A stretch of 32,000 nt of DNA from an uncultured archaeon (GTDB lineage: Archaea; Asgardarchaeota; Thorarchaeia; Thorarchaeales; Thorarchaeaceae). The notes under the pieces were generated by a model that had not been told where the DNA came from, did not search any database, and worked only from the letters and a program-made list of their open reading frames with translations. The stretch spans positions 120,001 to 152,000 of the forward strand of contig CAZYLT010000002.1 of NCBI GenBank assembly GCA_964648855.1. The letters run 5' to 3'. Position numbers and translations under genes: made by a program. Shown piece after piece: positions 1-9,015 of this stretch (position 1 is the stretch's first letter; the number at the start of each line of letters is the position of its first letter).

Positions 1-578
1 TTGTCATCATTCCAATCTTCACAGAAAAGACCGAGAAGAAAGTGATGGATTACTGCCATGACATTGAAAGCAGTCTGAGCGAGGCTGGAATACGAGTTCA
101 TCTTGATGATTGCGATCAAACACCTGGCTGGAAGTACAATTTCTGGGAGATGAAAGGAGTGCCTCTCCGAGTTGAGGCTGGTCCTCGTGACATAAAGGGA
201 GAAAAGGCTGTGGTATTCCGCCGGGATACTATGAAGCGGGAATCCGTTTCAGTGGGAGAATTGTCAGATCGAGTGAAAGAATTGGGTATGGCAATTGATG
301 ATAATCTTCGGAAAATAGCAGAATCGAAATTCGAAGATCTTGTTGTGGACGCGGAGAAAATTGGTCAAGTTAATGACGCTCTGGATCGTGGTAAAATCGC
401 TCGAATCGAGTTTTGCACTACTCAGATGGCCGGTCTTGCTTGTGCTGAGTATATCAAAGACAAAACTGGTGGAGAGATCAGGGGTACTCGAATTGATATT
501 GAAGAAGAGCCTACAGGTGTATGTCTTGTATGTGGTAAGCCTGCGCAAGAGATTGTTTACATAGCCCGATCCTACTAA
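1..578 (+). CDS. proS: Prolyl-tRNA synthetase, archaeal/eukaryotic type, C-terminal part (5' end outside window)
   Basis: Anticodon-binding motif TPGWKYNFWEMKGVPLRVEAGPRD, C-terminal Zn-binding CLVC, and terminal IARSY typical of archaeal/eukaryotic ProRS. Confidence 0.95.
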   Translation, partial: VIIPIFTEKTEKKVMDYCHDIESSLSEAGIRVHLDDCDQTPGWKYNFWEMKGVPLRVEAGPRDIKGEKAVVFRRDTMKRESVSVGELSDRVKELGMAIDDNLRKIAESKFEDLVVDAEKIGQVNDALDRGKIARIEFCTTQMAGLACAEYIKDKTGGEIRGTRIDIEEEPTGVCLVCGKPAQEIVYIARSY

Positions 579-586
579 TCCTATGC

Positions 587-623
587 AAAGGGGCGATTTC
601 AAACACGCCCCTTTTTCTTTTTC
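587..623 (+). terminator. Stem-loop plus T-tract terminator after proS
   Basis: aaaggggcg (587-595) pairs with cgccccttt (606-614) across a 10-nt loop; followed by tttcttttt. Confidence 0.7.
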
Positions 624-683
624 TCATAGACCACCGGTCTTATAGCCAGATTCAGAAATCTAATCTAACTGAGGTACCATACA

Positions 684-1670
684 ATGAAAGTCTTGGTTCC
701 CTATCGAGAGGAAATCGCAGACACCATCCAAGCAATACTTGGGAACGAAGCCCAAGTAGTGAGGTCAGAAAGAACGGTGCAAGACATGCTTGAGAAGGGA
801 TCAGATGCAGTTGCTGTAGCCTCTGGACGAGTTCCCTCTGAGTATATTAGGCGAGCTAAACATCTCAAGATGATTCAGGCGTTTGGCGCTGGAGTGGACA
901 AAATAGACCATGATGCAGTACTTAACAGAGGCGACCTTATAGTCTGCAACAACCATGTGAACGCCGACGAAGTGGCGGAGTACGCTATAATGCTTCTCCT
1001 AGCGGTTGCGAAGCATATCATTCCCAGCCATGAAAAACTACGAGAAGGCGACTGGAGTCTTGGATGGGGAAGCGACCATCCTAACACAGAGATTCGCAAG
1101 AAACGACTCCTCATAATTGGGTTGGGTAGTGTGGGCGCCGCAATTGCAAAACGATTACAAAGGTTCGATCTCAAAATCACTGCTGTCACTAGGACTGGCG
1201 AATCAGACAGCGAGCAGATAGTGGATAAACTCGTATCTGTGGAGGAGATCGAAGGCGTTGTTCGGCAAGCCGACTTTGTCATCCTCTCACTTCCTCTCAC
1301 AGACGATTCAGAAGGTCTGGTTGATGAAGAATTCCTGTCTTGGATGAAGCCGACCTCCATTCTTGTCAATGTGTCTCGTGGGCCAATTATCAAAGAATCA
1401 GCGCTGTATCATGCACTACAGGACAACAAGATTGCAGGTGCTGCAATTGATGTATGGTGGGAATATCCCAAGGAATGGGGTGGCACTAATAAATTGCCCT
1501 CCGAAAACTATCCTTTTCATAACATGGAAAATGTTGTTTTATCGCCTCACAGGGCGGGATATTCTGAACATATACACGAGGAACAACTGAGGTTCGTAGG
1601 AGAGAATATTCTCAGGTTTATTCGGGGAGAAGAACCTGAGAATCAAGTAGACCTGAAACGAGGGTATTAA
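684..1670 (+). CDS. D-isomer-specific 2-hydroxyacid dehydrogenase (SerA/GyaR-like)
   Basis: GAGVDKID, VAEYA, Rossmann GLGSVG, LVNVSRG, AAIDVW and catalytic SPHRAG motifs. Confidence 0.92.
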   Translation: MKVLVPYREEIADTIQAILGNEAQVVRSERTVQDMLEKGSDAVAVASGRVPSEYIRRAKHLKMIQAFGAGVDKIDHDAVLNRGDLIVCNNHVNADEVAEYAIMLLLAVAKHIIPSHEKLREGDWSLGWGSDHPNTEIRKKRLLIIGLGSVGAAIAKRLQRFDLKITAVTRTGESDSEQIVDKLVSVEEIEGVVRQADFVILSLPLTDDSEGLVDEEFLSWMKPTSILVNVSRGPIIKESALYHALQDNKIAGAAIDVWWEYPKEWGGTNKLPSENYPFHNMENVVLSPHRAGYSEHIHEEQLRFVGENILRFIRGEEPENQVDLKRGY

Positions 1671-1797
1671 GCAAAACTTCCTCTCATTTAGAGGGGATTA
1701 TCTACCCCTCCTCCCAATTAGTAATTTGAAAAATCATTAGGCGGGAGCATATTGTTATTCGCTTTGTCCAAGAGTCAAAACTTTAAGGTGGACCACG

Positions 1798-4023
1798 TTG
1801 ACGACAGATAACAGTACAAAGATTGGGGACGGCACAGTGAGCATAGAAACTCTCTCAGATATTCCCGGCGTAGGGTCTAAACTAAGGAAGATCTTGGTTG
1901 ACCACTTTGGAAGCGAGGCAGTCGCTCTCAAAGTGATTCTTGATTTCCGTGTCGATCTTGTCGCATCTGTACCAGGAATAGGCGATAAACAAGCGGTAAA
2001 TATAGTGAAAGCTGTCTATGAGAATCGTTTTGGTGTAAACTCATATGATATCCTCCGTAGCCCCGACATTAGAAAAATATTCGATGATCTGCTTGATATC
2101 ATTCGTGGGTATGCTAATACTACATATGCAAGAGACAAGCTCTTTCTATACTTCCCACTCCCTCCTGAACGAATTGATGAGATTTTGAAACGTCAGAAAA
2201 CATTTGCTGATGCCGCCGATATGGCCAGGAATCTTAATGAAAATCAACGAGAGTTGTTGACCAAGAATCTGAGCAACGTGCGGAGTCTATATTATAAGAT
2301 AAAACCCCGACGCATCGAAGGTCGAGTAGTCATCACCAATGACGAGAAAGTCTTCGACAAGCTAATTCAAGAGGGGATTGACAAGTGGTGCCCAGTCTAT
2401 ATTCTCACTGAAGGAGAAAACGCTGTTGACTATGCTCAGGGGTATGATTTGGTCTTCTACATCGCACCCTATGGTGACTTTGACGAAACCTTAGACATGC
2501 TGGACAACGTTGAAGTATTGGGAAAGGATTGGACATTATCCGATATTCTTCCAGAACAGACTATCAATTTCTATTCGAGAAACTACCGCGTGATTGATGC
2601 GGCTTGCAAACTTGCAGATGCTTTCGAAAATCTACCTCTTAATGATTCTACGCATGATTACACCAAGAATCTAGATTTCAAGAGTCTCACACAGGTAGGG
2701 GACCTGCTGAAGCTAATAGACGAGGATGGAAATGTAGCCGCACAGGTGAACAAGGAACTCGACCGATATAGGCATGCAGTGAAAACATTTCCAACAGCAA
2801 TGGCAGAAACGGAAGCATGGCTCAATGATGAGATCACCTCCCGTATATCAAAGAGTGAAGTGAAGCTCGGAGGCCAGCAAATCATCACAATTCTTCAATC
2901 TGCTGACATGGACGGTGCAGATGGTGGTGCCATGCGAAACATGCTTCCTGCTGAGATTGTTGAAACCTTTTCATCAACAGCCAGAGAGGCAGAGGATAAA
3001 CTCGTTGAGATGCTTGGCTTGACTGCGCGTGAGGCAGATTGGGTCACTGGAATCGTGAGTGAAGACATCTCTTTACCCGTAAAGATGCTCGCACCTCAAA
3101 TCAACGACCTCGAAGATAAGTTACGAAGGCGATTTGCAGATCTCAAATTCACCACTATCAAGAAGGTGGCGGGTCAACTAGATGACCTACAGGGCACTGT
3201 AAACGAAGCAGTCCAGACGCTACTAGAGTTCGACCTATATCTGGCAGTGGGCCTATTTGCAGCAGACTATGATCTTCATACGCCCAATATCTCGATGGAG
3301 TACGAAGGCATCGCGATAGAGAACGCACGAAACACCTTCTTGGTTGAGAGTATGCTGAGGGGAAGGCACGGAAAAGTGCAACCGATAGACTATGAAATTG
3401 GTGTAACTCCTCTTGCACCCAAAGGTACGAACGGAGAAAATTGTGCAATCTTATCTGGAGCTAATAGCGGAGGAAAAACGACGACAATTCAGACGCTAGC
3501 TCAAGTTATTACACTTGCTCAGTCAGGTTTTCCTGTTCCTGCTGAGAAATGCTATGTAAGAGTGTTTGAGGAGCTGTACTTCTTCTACAAGAGCAGAGGA
3601 ATGGTCAGTGCTGGCGCCTTTGAGGCCACATTGAAACAATTTGCTGAAATTGTAGTGTCTGATAAATCGAAATTGGCGCTATTTGATGAGGTAGAAGCGA
3701 TAACTGAGCCAGGCAGTGCCGCTAATGTAATTGCTGGCCTCATAGAGATTCTGCAACGTGATTCATCAAGTGTAACCGTCATCTGTAGCCATCTCGCACA
3801 AGAAATTCAGGAGGCTGCATCCGTTCCAGTCCGAATAGATGGTATCGAAGCCAGAGGTTTGGACGAGAATCTGGAACTCATTGTGGACAGGAGCCCGAGA
3901 TTTGGTGTCTTGGCACGTAGCACTCCCGAACTGATTGTGGAACGGCTCGCTAAACTATCACGAGGAGAAAAGAAGCGAGTGTACGAGAAGATTCTTGAAA
4001 ATCTCATGAGGGATCGGGTGTAG
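1798..4023 (+). CDS. Archaeal MutS5-type protein: N-terminal helix-hairpin-helix pair plus MutS ATPase domain
   Basis: HhH motifs IPGVGSK and VPGIGDK; Walker A SGANSGGKTT; LAQSGFPVPA; SAGAFE; Walker B LFDEVE; ICSH; no mismatch-recognition domain I visible. Confidence 0.85.
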   Translation: MTTDNSTKIGDGTVSIETLSDIPGVGSKLRKILVDHFGSEAVALKVILDFRVDLVASVPGIGDKQAVNIVKAVYENRFGVNSYDILRSPDIRKIFDDLLDIIRGYANTTYARDKLFLYFPLPPERIDEILKRQKTFADAADMARNLNENQRELLTKNLSNVRSLYYKIKPRRIEGRVVITNDEKVFDKLIQEGIDKWCPVYILTEGENAVDYAQGYDLVFYIAPYGDFDETLDMLDNVEVLGKDWTLSDILPEQTINFYSRNYRVIDAACKLADAFENLPLNDSTHDYTKNLDFKSLTQVGDLLKLIDEDGNVAAQVNKELDRYRHAVKTFPTAMAETEAWLNDEITSRISKSEVKLGGQQIITILQSADMDGADGGAMRNMLPAEIVETFSSTAREAEDKLVEMLGLTAREADWVTGIVSEDISLPVKMLAPQINDLEDKLRRRFADLKFTTIKKVAGQLDDLQGTVNEAVQTLLEFDLYLAVGLFAADYDLHTPNISMEYEGIAIENARNTFLVESMLRGRHGKVQPIDYEIGVTPLAPKGTNGENCAILSGANSGGKTTTIQTLAQVITLAQSGFPVPAEKCYVRVFEELYFFYKSRGMVSAGAFEATLKQFAEIVVSDKSKLALFDEVEAITEPGSAANVIAGLIEILQRDSSSVTVICSHLAQEIQEAASVPVRIDGIEARGLDENLELIVDRSPRFGVLARSTPELIVERLAKLSRGEKKRVYEKILENLMRDRV

Positions 4024-4044
4024 GACGAATTAACCAACAATGAA

Positions 4045-4632
4045 ATGGATGCATCTCAAGTGAAGGTACTTGTATTTGGCGATACGCATATGCCTACTCG
4101 CACAAGCTCGATTCCATCTGAGTTTTTTCAGCATATCGCAGCCACCAATTATGACCTTGCGTTGGTGACTGGAGATCTTGTGCGAGAAGCTGACATGAGA
4201 AAGGCTCTTCCCCCTCTGCCGAGAACAGTGATGGTGAGAGGCAATATGGACTATTCTAGCAGCTCTGAAAGCTTTCATCGAGAGCTGTTCCTTGAAGCAT
4301 TGAATATACTACTCATACATGGAACCCAACTGCGTCCACGTGGAAACATAGAACAGCTTTGGGAGATTGCAGACAATATTGGTGCTGACATTGCCATTCA
4401 TGGCCACTCTCACAATGCTGCTATTGACCTCCACAAGTCCAAATTATTTCTTAATCCTGGCACACTCTCTGGTGCTTCAGGTGGTAGTGGAGGACGTACT
4501 GACGCAAGTTTCATGGAGCTCGACCTCAAGAAGAAAGCCGTAGATGTAGTATTATTCAAGACCAATTGGAAAGTCATGAAGCGCTCTTCGCTCTCCTTTG
4601 TGAAGGAAGATGGAATGAAAAAAAGAGAATAG
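4045..4632 (+). CDS. Metallophosphoesterase, YfcE/Vps29 family (Vps29-like)
   Basis: GDTH, TGD, RGNMD, IHG, GHSH and NPG motifs; linker segments resemble eukaryotic Vps29. Confidence 0.9.
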   Translation: MDASQVKVLVFGDTHMPTRTSSIPSEFFQHIAATNYDLALVTGDLVREADMRKALPPLPRTVMVRGNMDYSSSSESFHRELFLEALNILLIHGTQLRPRGNIEQLWEIADNIGADIAIHGHSHNAAIDLHKSKLFLNPGTLSGASGGSGGRTDASFMELDLKKKAVDVVLFKTNWKVMKRSSLSFVKEDGMKKRE

Positions 4633-4644
4633 CCAGACCAAAGA

Positions 4645-5268
4645 TTAGCTGCTCTCTCCCCACGGATCCACACTAAGAAGAAGACGATATAGCTGTCTAA
4701 GTATCGCCGTAGCCTTTGGCATAGCAGCCTTGACAAGCACACTCGAGTTTGGTTTATTGCCGGGTTCCTTGTTTTTTCCTAGAATTGAACTCCTCAAGCC
4801 GGCAAAGACACCTCCTTTCTTTTTTGATGGTACTTCCGTTTCTTCAGCAGCCACCACCATTTCTTCCCTCGGAATAATGTCTCTGGTAAATCTTAGGCGC
4901 TTGAAGAAACTCACGAGGGTTTCTCCAGTCCATCGGCCCTTATGGTCCTCGGATACCTTCGTCGCAACCATCCCAATGGCTTTCTTTCTGAGCTTATCTG
5001 AAACAATATCTTGTACTGTTTCCGCCAGTGAGCGATTCCGAGGGGCAGCTATTCCTATTGAGATCATCAGCATTCTAACACGGTCAAGAAGCATCCCTGC
5101 CCCCGCCTCTTCGCTTGACAGACCCCTCATCTTAGTACGCCAATCGTCATATGCGCTGTTTATTTGAGATAGCTCTTTAGGGTAGTCTATGAAACGGCAA
5201 AGTTCCTCCGGCGGTAATAAGGGACACCAAATCATAGGGGTTCGACTGTCATTAGCTGACGAGGGCAT
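4645..5268 (-). CDS. Hypothetical protein (207 aa, largely helical)
   Basis: Long ORF with protein-like composition, convergent with the phosphoesterase gene; no motif recognised. Confidence 0.7.
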   Translation of the reverse strand: MPSSANDSRTPMIWCPLLPPEELCRFIDYPKELSQINSAYDDWRTKMRGLSSEEAGAGMLLDRVRMLMISIGIAAPRNRSLAETVQDIVSDKLRKKAIGMVATKVSEDHKGRWTGETLVSFFKRLRFTRDIIPREEMVVAAEETEVPSKKKGGVFAGLRSSILGKNKEPGNKPNSSVLVKAAMPKATAILRQLYRLLLSVDPWGESS

Positions 5269-5376
5269 GTACTAATGACAACTCCAGACTTTTTTCAGTG
5301 TTATGAGTCTGTATTGTTATTGTGGCACCACCCTTACTAAGCGATATTTTCTCGGAATGATAACAGAAGTGAATCA

Positions 5377-5760
5377 TCAGCAGCTACCGCATTTACCATT
5401 TTTGATAAGAATACTTCTGCACTCGTCAATTATATCCCCAAATGCCTGGTAGAAGTATTTGGCTGCTTCATCTCTCCCTTTTTCCCCCTTTTCTGTGAGT
5501 GTATAAATAATCTCTCGTCCGACTCGTTTTCCCTTGATGAATCCCCCCTCCCTCAAATCCTTGATTGCTGGATAGATGGTCCCAGGACTGGGTTTAGTCC
5601 CACGGCGTTCTTCAATTTTCTCTGCAATCTGTTGGCCATTCAGAGCTTCCTTTCCAATTTCCCACAGAATTTGGAATGTCAGGAAGCCCCTCATATCGCA
5701 ACAGTCGGGAGGGCAGCATAGTCCCTCATCTGATTCAATCTCAGTTGACATTGGGCACAA
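5377..5760 (-). CDS. PadR-family transcriptional regulator with Cys-rich termini (start may be ATG at 5751)
   Basis: PadR signatures PSPGTIYPAIKDL and YTLTEKG; N-terminal CCPPDCC and C-terminal CGSC. Confidence 0.9.
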   Translation of the reverse strand: MCPMSTEIESDEGLCCPPDCCDMRGFLTFQILWEIGKEALNGQQIAEKIEERRGTKPSPGTIYPAIKDLREGGFIKGKRVGREIIYTLTEKGEKGRDEAAKYFYQAFGDIIDECRSILIKNGKCGSC

Positions 5761-5814
5761 TACTCCGCATGGCCATCATTTAATGTACGTATACCATTCA
5801 ATACCGTTATATAC

Positions 5815-5846
5815 ATATTGGATGCCCGATATATTGGATGCCCGAT
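5815..5846. promoter_or_regulatory. Tandem 16-bp direct repeat (atattggatgcccgat x2), candidate PadR operator
   Basis: Exact repeat at 5815-5830 and 5831-5846; each unit is an imperfect palindrome TAT(T/C)GG-N4-CC(A/G)ATA; lies between a TATA-like ttatata (~5807-5813) and the arsM ATG. Confidence 0.7.
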
Positions 5847-5869
5847 AAAATATTACAAAGTGATGACTC

Positions 5870-6733
5870 ATGTCCAAAAAGAAAAACGTACGGGAAATGA
5901 CTACTGACGAAATCAAACACGAAGTAAGGAAGGCATACTCTATAGTCGCCGGACGTGGCACGCAATCTTCTAGTCCTTGCTGTTCTAGCTCCACTGATTC
6001 TGAAGAGTCAAGTTCCTCACAATCCAGCTGCTGTGACTCTCTGAGAACTAAATCTGGACAGGACTCCAAGGCTGATTGCTGTGGTACATCTACAAGTCCA
6101 CGTGCAGCAGAATACGCCAAATCCATCGGCTATGATTTATCTGAGATTCCAAATGCAGCAAGTGGATCTTTTGCCGGATGTGGAAACCCAGTGGCATTAG
6201 CAGGACTCAAACAGAGTGAAGTTGTGCTTGACCTAGGAAGCGGCGCAGGTTTGGATGCATTTGTTGCAGCAAGGAGAGTTGGAAAGACCGGCCGTGTAAT
6301 TGGCGTGGATATGACTCCTAAAATGCTGGCAACTTCTCGTAGGAGTACTGCTGAGATGGGGCTTACCAATATTGAGTTCAGGGAAGGCGATATCGAGGAC
6401 CTGCCAGTCAGAGACAACTCTGTTGATGTGGTCATTAGCAACTGCGTGATCAACCTTGCACCAGATAAAGCAAAGGTGTTCAAGGAATCTTATCGTGTAC
6501 TTCTTCCCGGTGGTCGACTTATGGTATCCGATATTGTCTTGAACGAAGAGCTTCCCGAGGAAGACCGTAACAATATTGCAAAATACACAGGATGCATTGG
6601 TGGAGCCATCATGGAGGAAGAATACATCCAGCATATTAGAAATGCTGGATTCGAAGAGGTAAGCGTTGTTGAAAAAGAAAAGTGGGGACAAGCTGCCAGT
6701 GTTAGAATCACAGCATACAAGCCTAAGACTTGA
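5870..6733 (+). CDS. arsM: Arsenite S-adenosylmethionine methyltransferase
   Basis: GCGNP, VLDLGSGAGLD, VIGVDMT, ISNCVINL and GCIGGA (ArsM cysteines); Cys-Cys-rich N-terminus. Confidence 0.93.
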   Translation: MSKKKNVREMTTDEIKHEVRKAYSIVAGRGTQSSSPCCSSSTDSEESSSSQSSCCDSLRTKSGQDSKADCCGTSTSPRAAEYAKSIGYDLSEIPNAASGSFAGCGNPVALAGLKQSEVVLDLGSGAGLDAFVAARRVGKTGRVIGVDMTPKMLATSRRSTAEMGLTNIEFREGDIEDLPVRDNSVDVVISNCVINLAPDKAKVFKESYRVLLPGGRLMVSDIVLNEELPEEDRNNIAKYTGCIGGAIMEEEYIQHIRNAGFEEVSVVEKEKWGQAASVRITAYKPKT

Positions 6734-7167
6734 ACGAGATATCAGATAACACCTGTGATTTCTTATATCTCCCTACACGGAATGCAACCGTTCATTGTAA
6801 GTTGGACAATCTTGGACAGAGGAGTGTTGGCCTCCCAGAAACGGCACTGGGTTGTACTCCCTGAAGGTCGTAAGATGACCTCAGAAGCCTATGAAGGAGC
6901 AGAATATTTAAACACCACAACTCAAGCCGCTCACTCTTCAACCAACTATGGGTCACATGTCCAACTTTGTCCAAGTTTTCTAACGCTGTCAGGACCCCCT
7001 ATCTCTGTCCGTTACTCGGTCATGTTATCCCCGGCAAGCTGCGGTCATCGAAAGCAATCTTGGGTTTCTCGGATTGAATTCGACCAAGAAGGTGAGTATT
7101 ATCATCGCAGTCGGATAGATTCTATGATTAAGGGGCGAGCATACACCTCATTCAGCTCGAAGGAAGA

Positions 7168-8283
7168 CTAGCCTCTTACACTCTTTTCAACGGGTGTGTA
7201 TTCAATGTCGAATCCAAAATGTCTGGGGCCAAACAGTGATAATCCCCTCTCACTTCTCCAACGAGTATCGTTGGCTATACCAATCACCTCTACGTGACGG
7301 CCGGGCGGTAGCTGGTCCTCCCAAGGAGTGAGGCCCTCCGCAGTTTCCGCATCCACAACACAGATGAGGTCGGGGGACGTGACAAAGGGCTCTCCATCTA
7401 ACCATGAACAAAGGTACTCGTTTTTGTACCAGACACGCATCTCTGATTTCTGTGTATCACTGGTCGGCGACGTTCCATCTAGGAACAAATCGCCTTCTAC
7501 AAAACCTCCTGCGTCAACTCGCTCGCATTTTTGGATTTCTCCCGAGAAGAGTCGGTATCCCTTCTCACAATCGATTACTGCATCAACTGTGTTGCCTTTT
7601 GATTGCCGCGCATCGTGAACTGCCTTACCAAGGTCAATCGAACGAGAAACAGAACCAGGGATTGCCGCTTGTTTCCATTCTGAACCGGAGGCGGGACACC
7701 TTGCCATACCCACTAGTCCTCCCGATGCCACAGCAACCTGGCGGGCAATCCTCTCAGCCCTTCCATCATTTACCACTTCTTCAAGCATCACAACATCGCC
7801 AAAAGGAGAAACAATTGACATCGGTGTAATGGAGAGACCTGTGAGGTTTGTAGTTGAGCTCTCTATTTCCGGTTTTGCCCTGCCACAACAGTCCCCGTCA
7901 ACAGTGACAAGTCCGAGTTCTGCTGCAACATACATGGGAGCAATACCGTTAGCTGGACCGATTTCAGAAGCAATCAGACCAAAGGGTTCCATGTCGACCG
8001 CCGATATGAGCCGTTTAGCTGCCAGAATCAATGGGTCCTGCTGGATGCGCTTCAAACCGGCAACCGACTGACGCATCTCTTCTGATACTCCTCCCCCAAC
8101 TGCGCCAACAATGAACACCAGTTGGTCTTCAGGAATATCTTCGAGCGAAACAACCTCGAATCCATCCCCCGAACCGTATACACTCTTAATTCTCTCTCGA
8201 GCATTTGCTTCGCTTCCTCCGCCTCCACACCCCAGAATCTTTGACCCGGTGATATAATACTCAAGTTCCTCTCTTGTCAGCAC
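7168..8283 (-). CDS. DUF917 family protein
   Basis: GSKILGCGGGG, EIGPANG, VDGDCCGRAKPE, KNEYL and PDLICVVD motifs. Confidence 0.85.
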   Translation of the reverse strand: MLTREELEYYITGSKILGCGGGGSEANARERIKSVYGSGDGFEVVSLEDIPEDQLVFIVGAVGGGVSEEMRQSVAGLKRIQQDPLILAAKRLISAVDMEPFGLIASEIGPANGIAPMYVAAELGLVTVDGDCCGRAKPEIESSTTNLTGLSITPMSIVSPFGDVVMLEEVVNDGRAERIARQVAVASGGLVGMARCPASGSEWKQAAIPGSVSRSIDLGKAVHDARQSKGNTVDAVIDCEKGYRLFSGEIQKCERVDAGGFVEGDLFLDGTSPTSDTQKSEMRVWYKNEYLCSWLDGEPFVTSPDLICVVDAETAEGLTPWEDQLPPGRHVEVIGIANDTRWRSERGLSLFGPRHFGFDIEYTPVEKSVRG

Positions 8284-8681
8284 CTGTTTTACCCAGTTGC
8301 GGTAGTATGGGCCTGTCTATTTCACGGTTACGCAGTGCTCCCCGAGGGACTAAATATATTTTGCACTCCCGAAGTTACAATTTAGGTCCGCGAAAACCTC
8401 CAGGCATTGATATTATAGCGGTCAAGAATCCTATATTCCTGATTCTTGCCTTCACTGATATTGTCCTGATAGTAATGATGCCCCTCCTCAGGAAAAGCAG
8501 GATTCCTTTCTTCGTGCTATTCTCTTTGCACATCCCTATGGCTTCTGAAGCGGTCTCGTATCGGGTTGCCGTATATTGTCTGTACCACTGGTTCCTCGTG
8601 TCGTATGGCATTGGCGTTTCTATACTGTCAATCCTTCATCTGCCCCTCTTGCTTACGTGGGATCTTCTTAATACCACGGAA

Positions 8682-8699
8682 TCCTAGAGTACTCTAGGA
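8682..8699. repeat. Perfect 18-bp palindrome tcctagagtactctagga
   Basis: Self-reverse-complementary; about 22 bp upstream of the left islet repeat. Confidence 0.85.
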
Positions 8700-8720
8700 A
8701 ACTAGATTTTACTCTCAGCA

Positions 8721-8791
8721 TGCTCTCCTACAGCAATCTTAATATTGCAATGCTTGTGGTTGCAGACTAACGGTGTTGCCGTGGCTCAGTC
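8721..8791 (+). repeat. Degenerate copy of tRNA-Asn promoter plus first 17 nt of the tRNA (left direct repeat)
   Basis: Ungapped alignment to 12331-12401 (offset 3610) with 59/71 identities by manual count, including identical ctctcctacagcaatcttaatattg and gccgtggctcagtc. Confidence 0.9.
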
Positions 8792-9015
8792 GTGATGTGG
8801 GAGCCCCTAAGGCGACCCAAGTGCATGATAAGCTGTTTTCGCAGTTCTGCATCAATATCCGCATCCCGTATCTTTTCCTTGAGTTCCATTCTACTTATGC
8901 TTAGCATCCTTTAACACCAAAGAGTGACAGGGTCCTCCTTTATATAGGACACGAAAACCTCCCGGGTTCCCACCCTGCTATACTGAGGGGGCTATGATAC
9001 CATGAACGTGATTCA

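Noticed and set aside
6755-7171. 138-aa plus-strand ORF between arsM and DUF917
   Set aside because: No recognisable motif and atypical composition; probably non-coding or decayed
8274-8687. Overlapping short ORFs on both strands upstream of DUF917
   Set aside because: No convincing start, motif or family; cannot support a CDS
8955-8965. aaacctcccgg resembling the tRNA-Asn 3' end
   Set aside because: Too short, with an indel and no acceptor-stem continuation; likely chance
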